This document shows, piece by piece, positions 63,001-64,000 of a stretch of DNA of 64,000 nucleotides. Position numbers and translations under genes: made by a program. The notes under the pieces were generated by a model that saw nothing but the letters and a program-made list of their open reading frames with translations, made no database searches and was not told where the DNA came from. Within the stretch, counting starts at the first letter, position 1; every line of letters starts with the position of its first letter. Source of the DNA: Fimbriosthenelais zetlandica (lineage: Eukaryota); the NCBI GenBank assembly GCA_977030845.1, contig OZ365110.1:30814001-30878000 (forward strand). The letters run 5' to 3'.

Positions 63001-64000
63001 CTATTTTATATTTTTATAGAGATAAGAATCGTATTTTGCCTAGCCTGGCCTAAGACAGGACTGAGAGTGTGTTGGGGGCCATTGGCTGTCAGTAAATGGG
63101 GAGATATATTACTGCTCCTGTGTGATAACTCATCACATTCCGTGAGAAGCTCACGGGTCAGCTTGAGCTGCTCGGACAGGGAAGACAGATAGCCTTGACC
63201 AATCAGTGTGACCATCTCACTAATTGTCTACCAGCATTTTGTGTTCGGAGCTTGGATAATTGGTGCTTTCTAAGACTGTAACAGGGCTCGCTTGTCGTTG
63301 CTATCAATGAGCCATTCTTATACATATGAATAGATTTAGGCAATGTAAGAAACTGGAATAGTCTCTTTCTAAAATGTCAATGTAGCAAGCAAGCTGGATT
63401 TTCTGAGTCAAAAGGGCAGGGGAATCAAATGTAAAAGCATTTTAGAATTGCTTTTTCTTCTCCATCAGCTTTGGTCTTTTACCTTTTACTCACGTCTGTC
63501 TTTATTTTGCTTTCAGAAACAAGGACAAGGATTGGACATAAGCGGGGAGAGCTGAGCTATCCATATGCTCCAGAAGTCCCACTAGCCCTTGTGGTCTCCA
63601 GTCCCTATTCCTAAGACGTCCCTCTGGGATTCACTAATGCACACTAGCAACAAATCTCTTTTAGTATGACAAGCAGTCTTGCTTTAGTGGACCTACCTCT
63701 AAGCCTGGCTGAATTTTCTGGCTGGCCGGAGAGCATATGTGACAAAAACAGGTAGGGAGGGCAGTAGGCAATGGAGAGAGAGAGGTAAGAGAGGGGGAGA
63801 GAGACGTCAAGACCACTTAATTGACCAGAGAGACTGTTCTCTGTTCATAGTAGAGTACTTGTTACTTGATTGGTACTCCATGCAGGTGACTATGTCAATT
63901 ACTTTGATAGATACAGAGGCCCTTTAAGAAAAGTACGTACTACTTAAGTATCATTCCGTTCACCAGTCATTCAGTTCATAATTAATACTAGTATCCATAC

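Noticed and set aside
1-64000. CRISPR arrays, rRNA/tRNA genes, tRNA-derived SINEs, prokaryotic or viral operons, paralogous lectin-receptor exons
   Set aside because: I saw no regularly spaced 25-45-nt direct repeats, no A/B-box cloverleaf, no dense ORF packing and no second YGRM..GRC or CPW-type exon. This was a by-eye scan, so short degenerate elements could be missed.

Overview
This is eukaryotic (animal) genomic DNA, roughly 40% GC by eye. I found no prokaryotic operons, CRISPR arrays, rRNA or tRNA genes. The window contains one complete spliced gene on the minus strand, assembled by hand from 7 coding exons: 38170-38065, 25629-25345, 21172-20765, 11181-11017, 10219-10166, 6851-6764 and 4996-4669. 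All introns are GT-AG and all phases match, giving 1434 nt = 477 aa + stop. The product is a type I single-pass membrane protein: signal peptide, SUEL/rhamnose-binding-lectin-like domain, CUB-like domain, Sushi/CCP-like module, short stalk, TM helix, and a ~110-aa cytoplasmic tail ending HHYESPQFT. From memory (not a search) it resembles uncharacterised, expanded annelid (Capitella-type) proteins, so the source is probably an annelid or other lophotrochozoan. Exons 1 and 6 and the 5' parts of exons 2, 3 and 7 are absent from the ORF track; nearly all other listed ORFs look spurious. The rest is intronic or intergenic. It carries CpG-rich islets with NRF1/EWG, X-box-like, ETS and E-box motifs, a candidate distal first exon near 54 kb, a candidate 12-nt microexon, decayed DNA-transposon-like relics and simple repeats. 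The best novelty candidate is the orphan lectin-CUB-Sushi receptor and its possible alternative 5' structure. I found no evidence of a multi-gene system.
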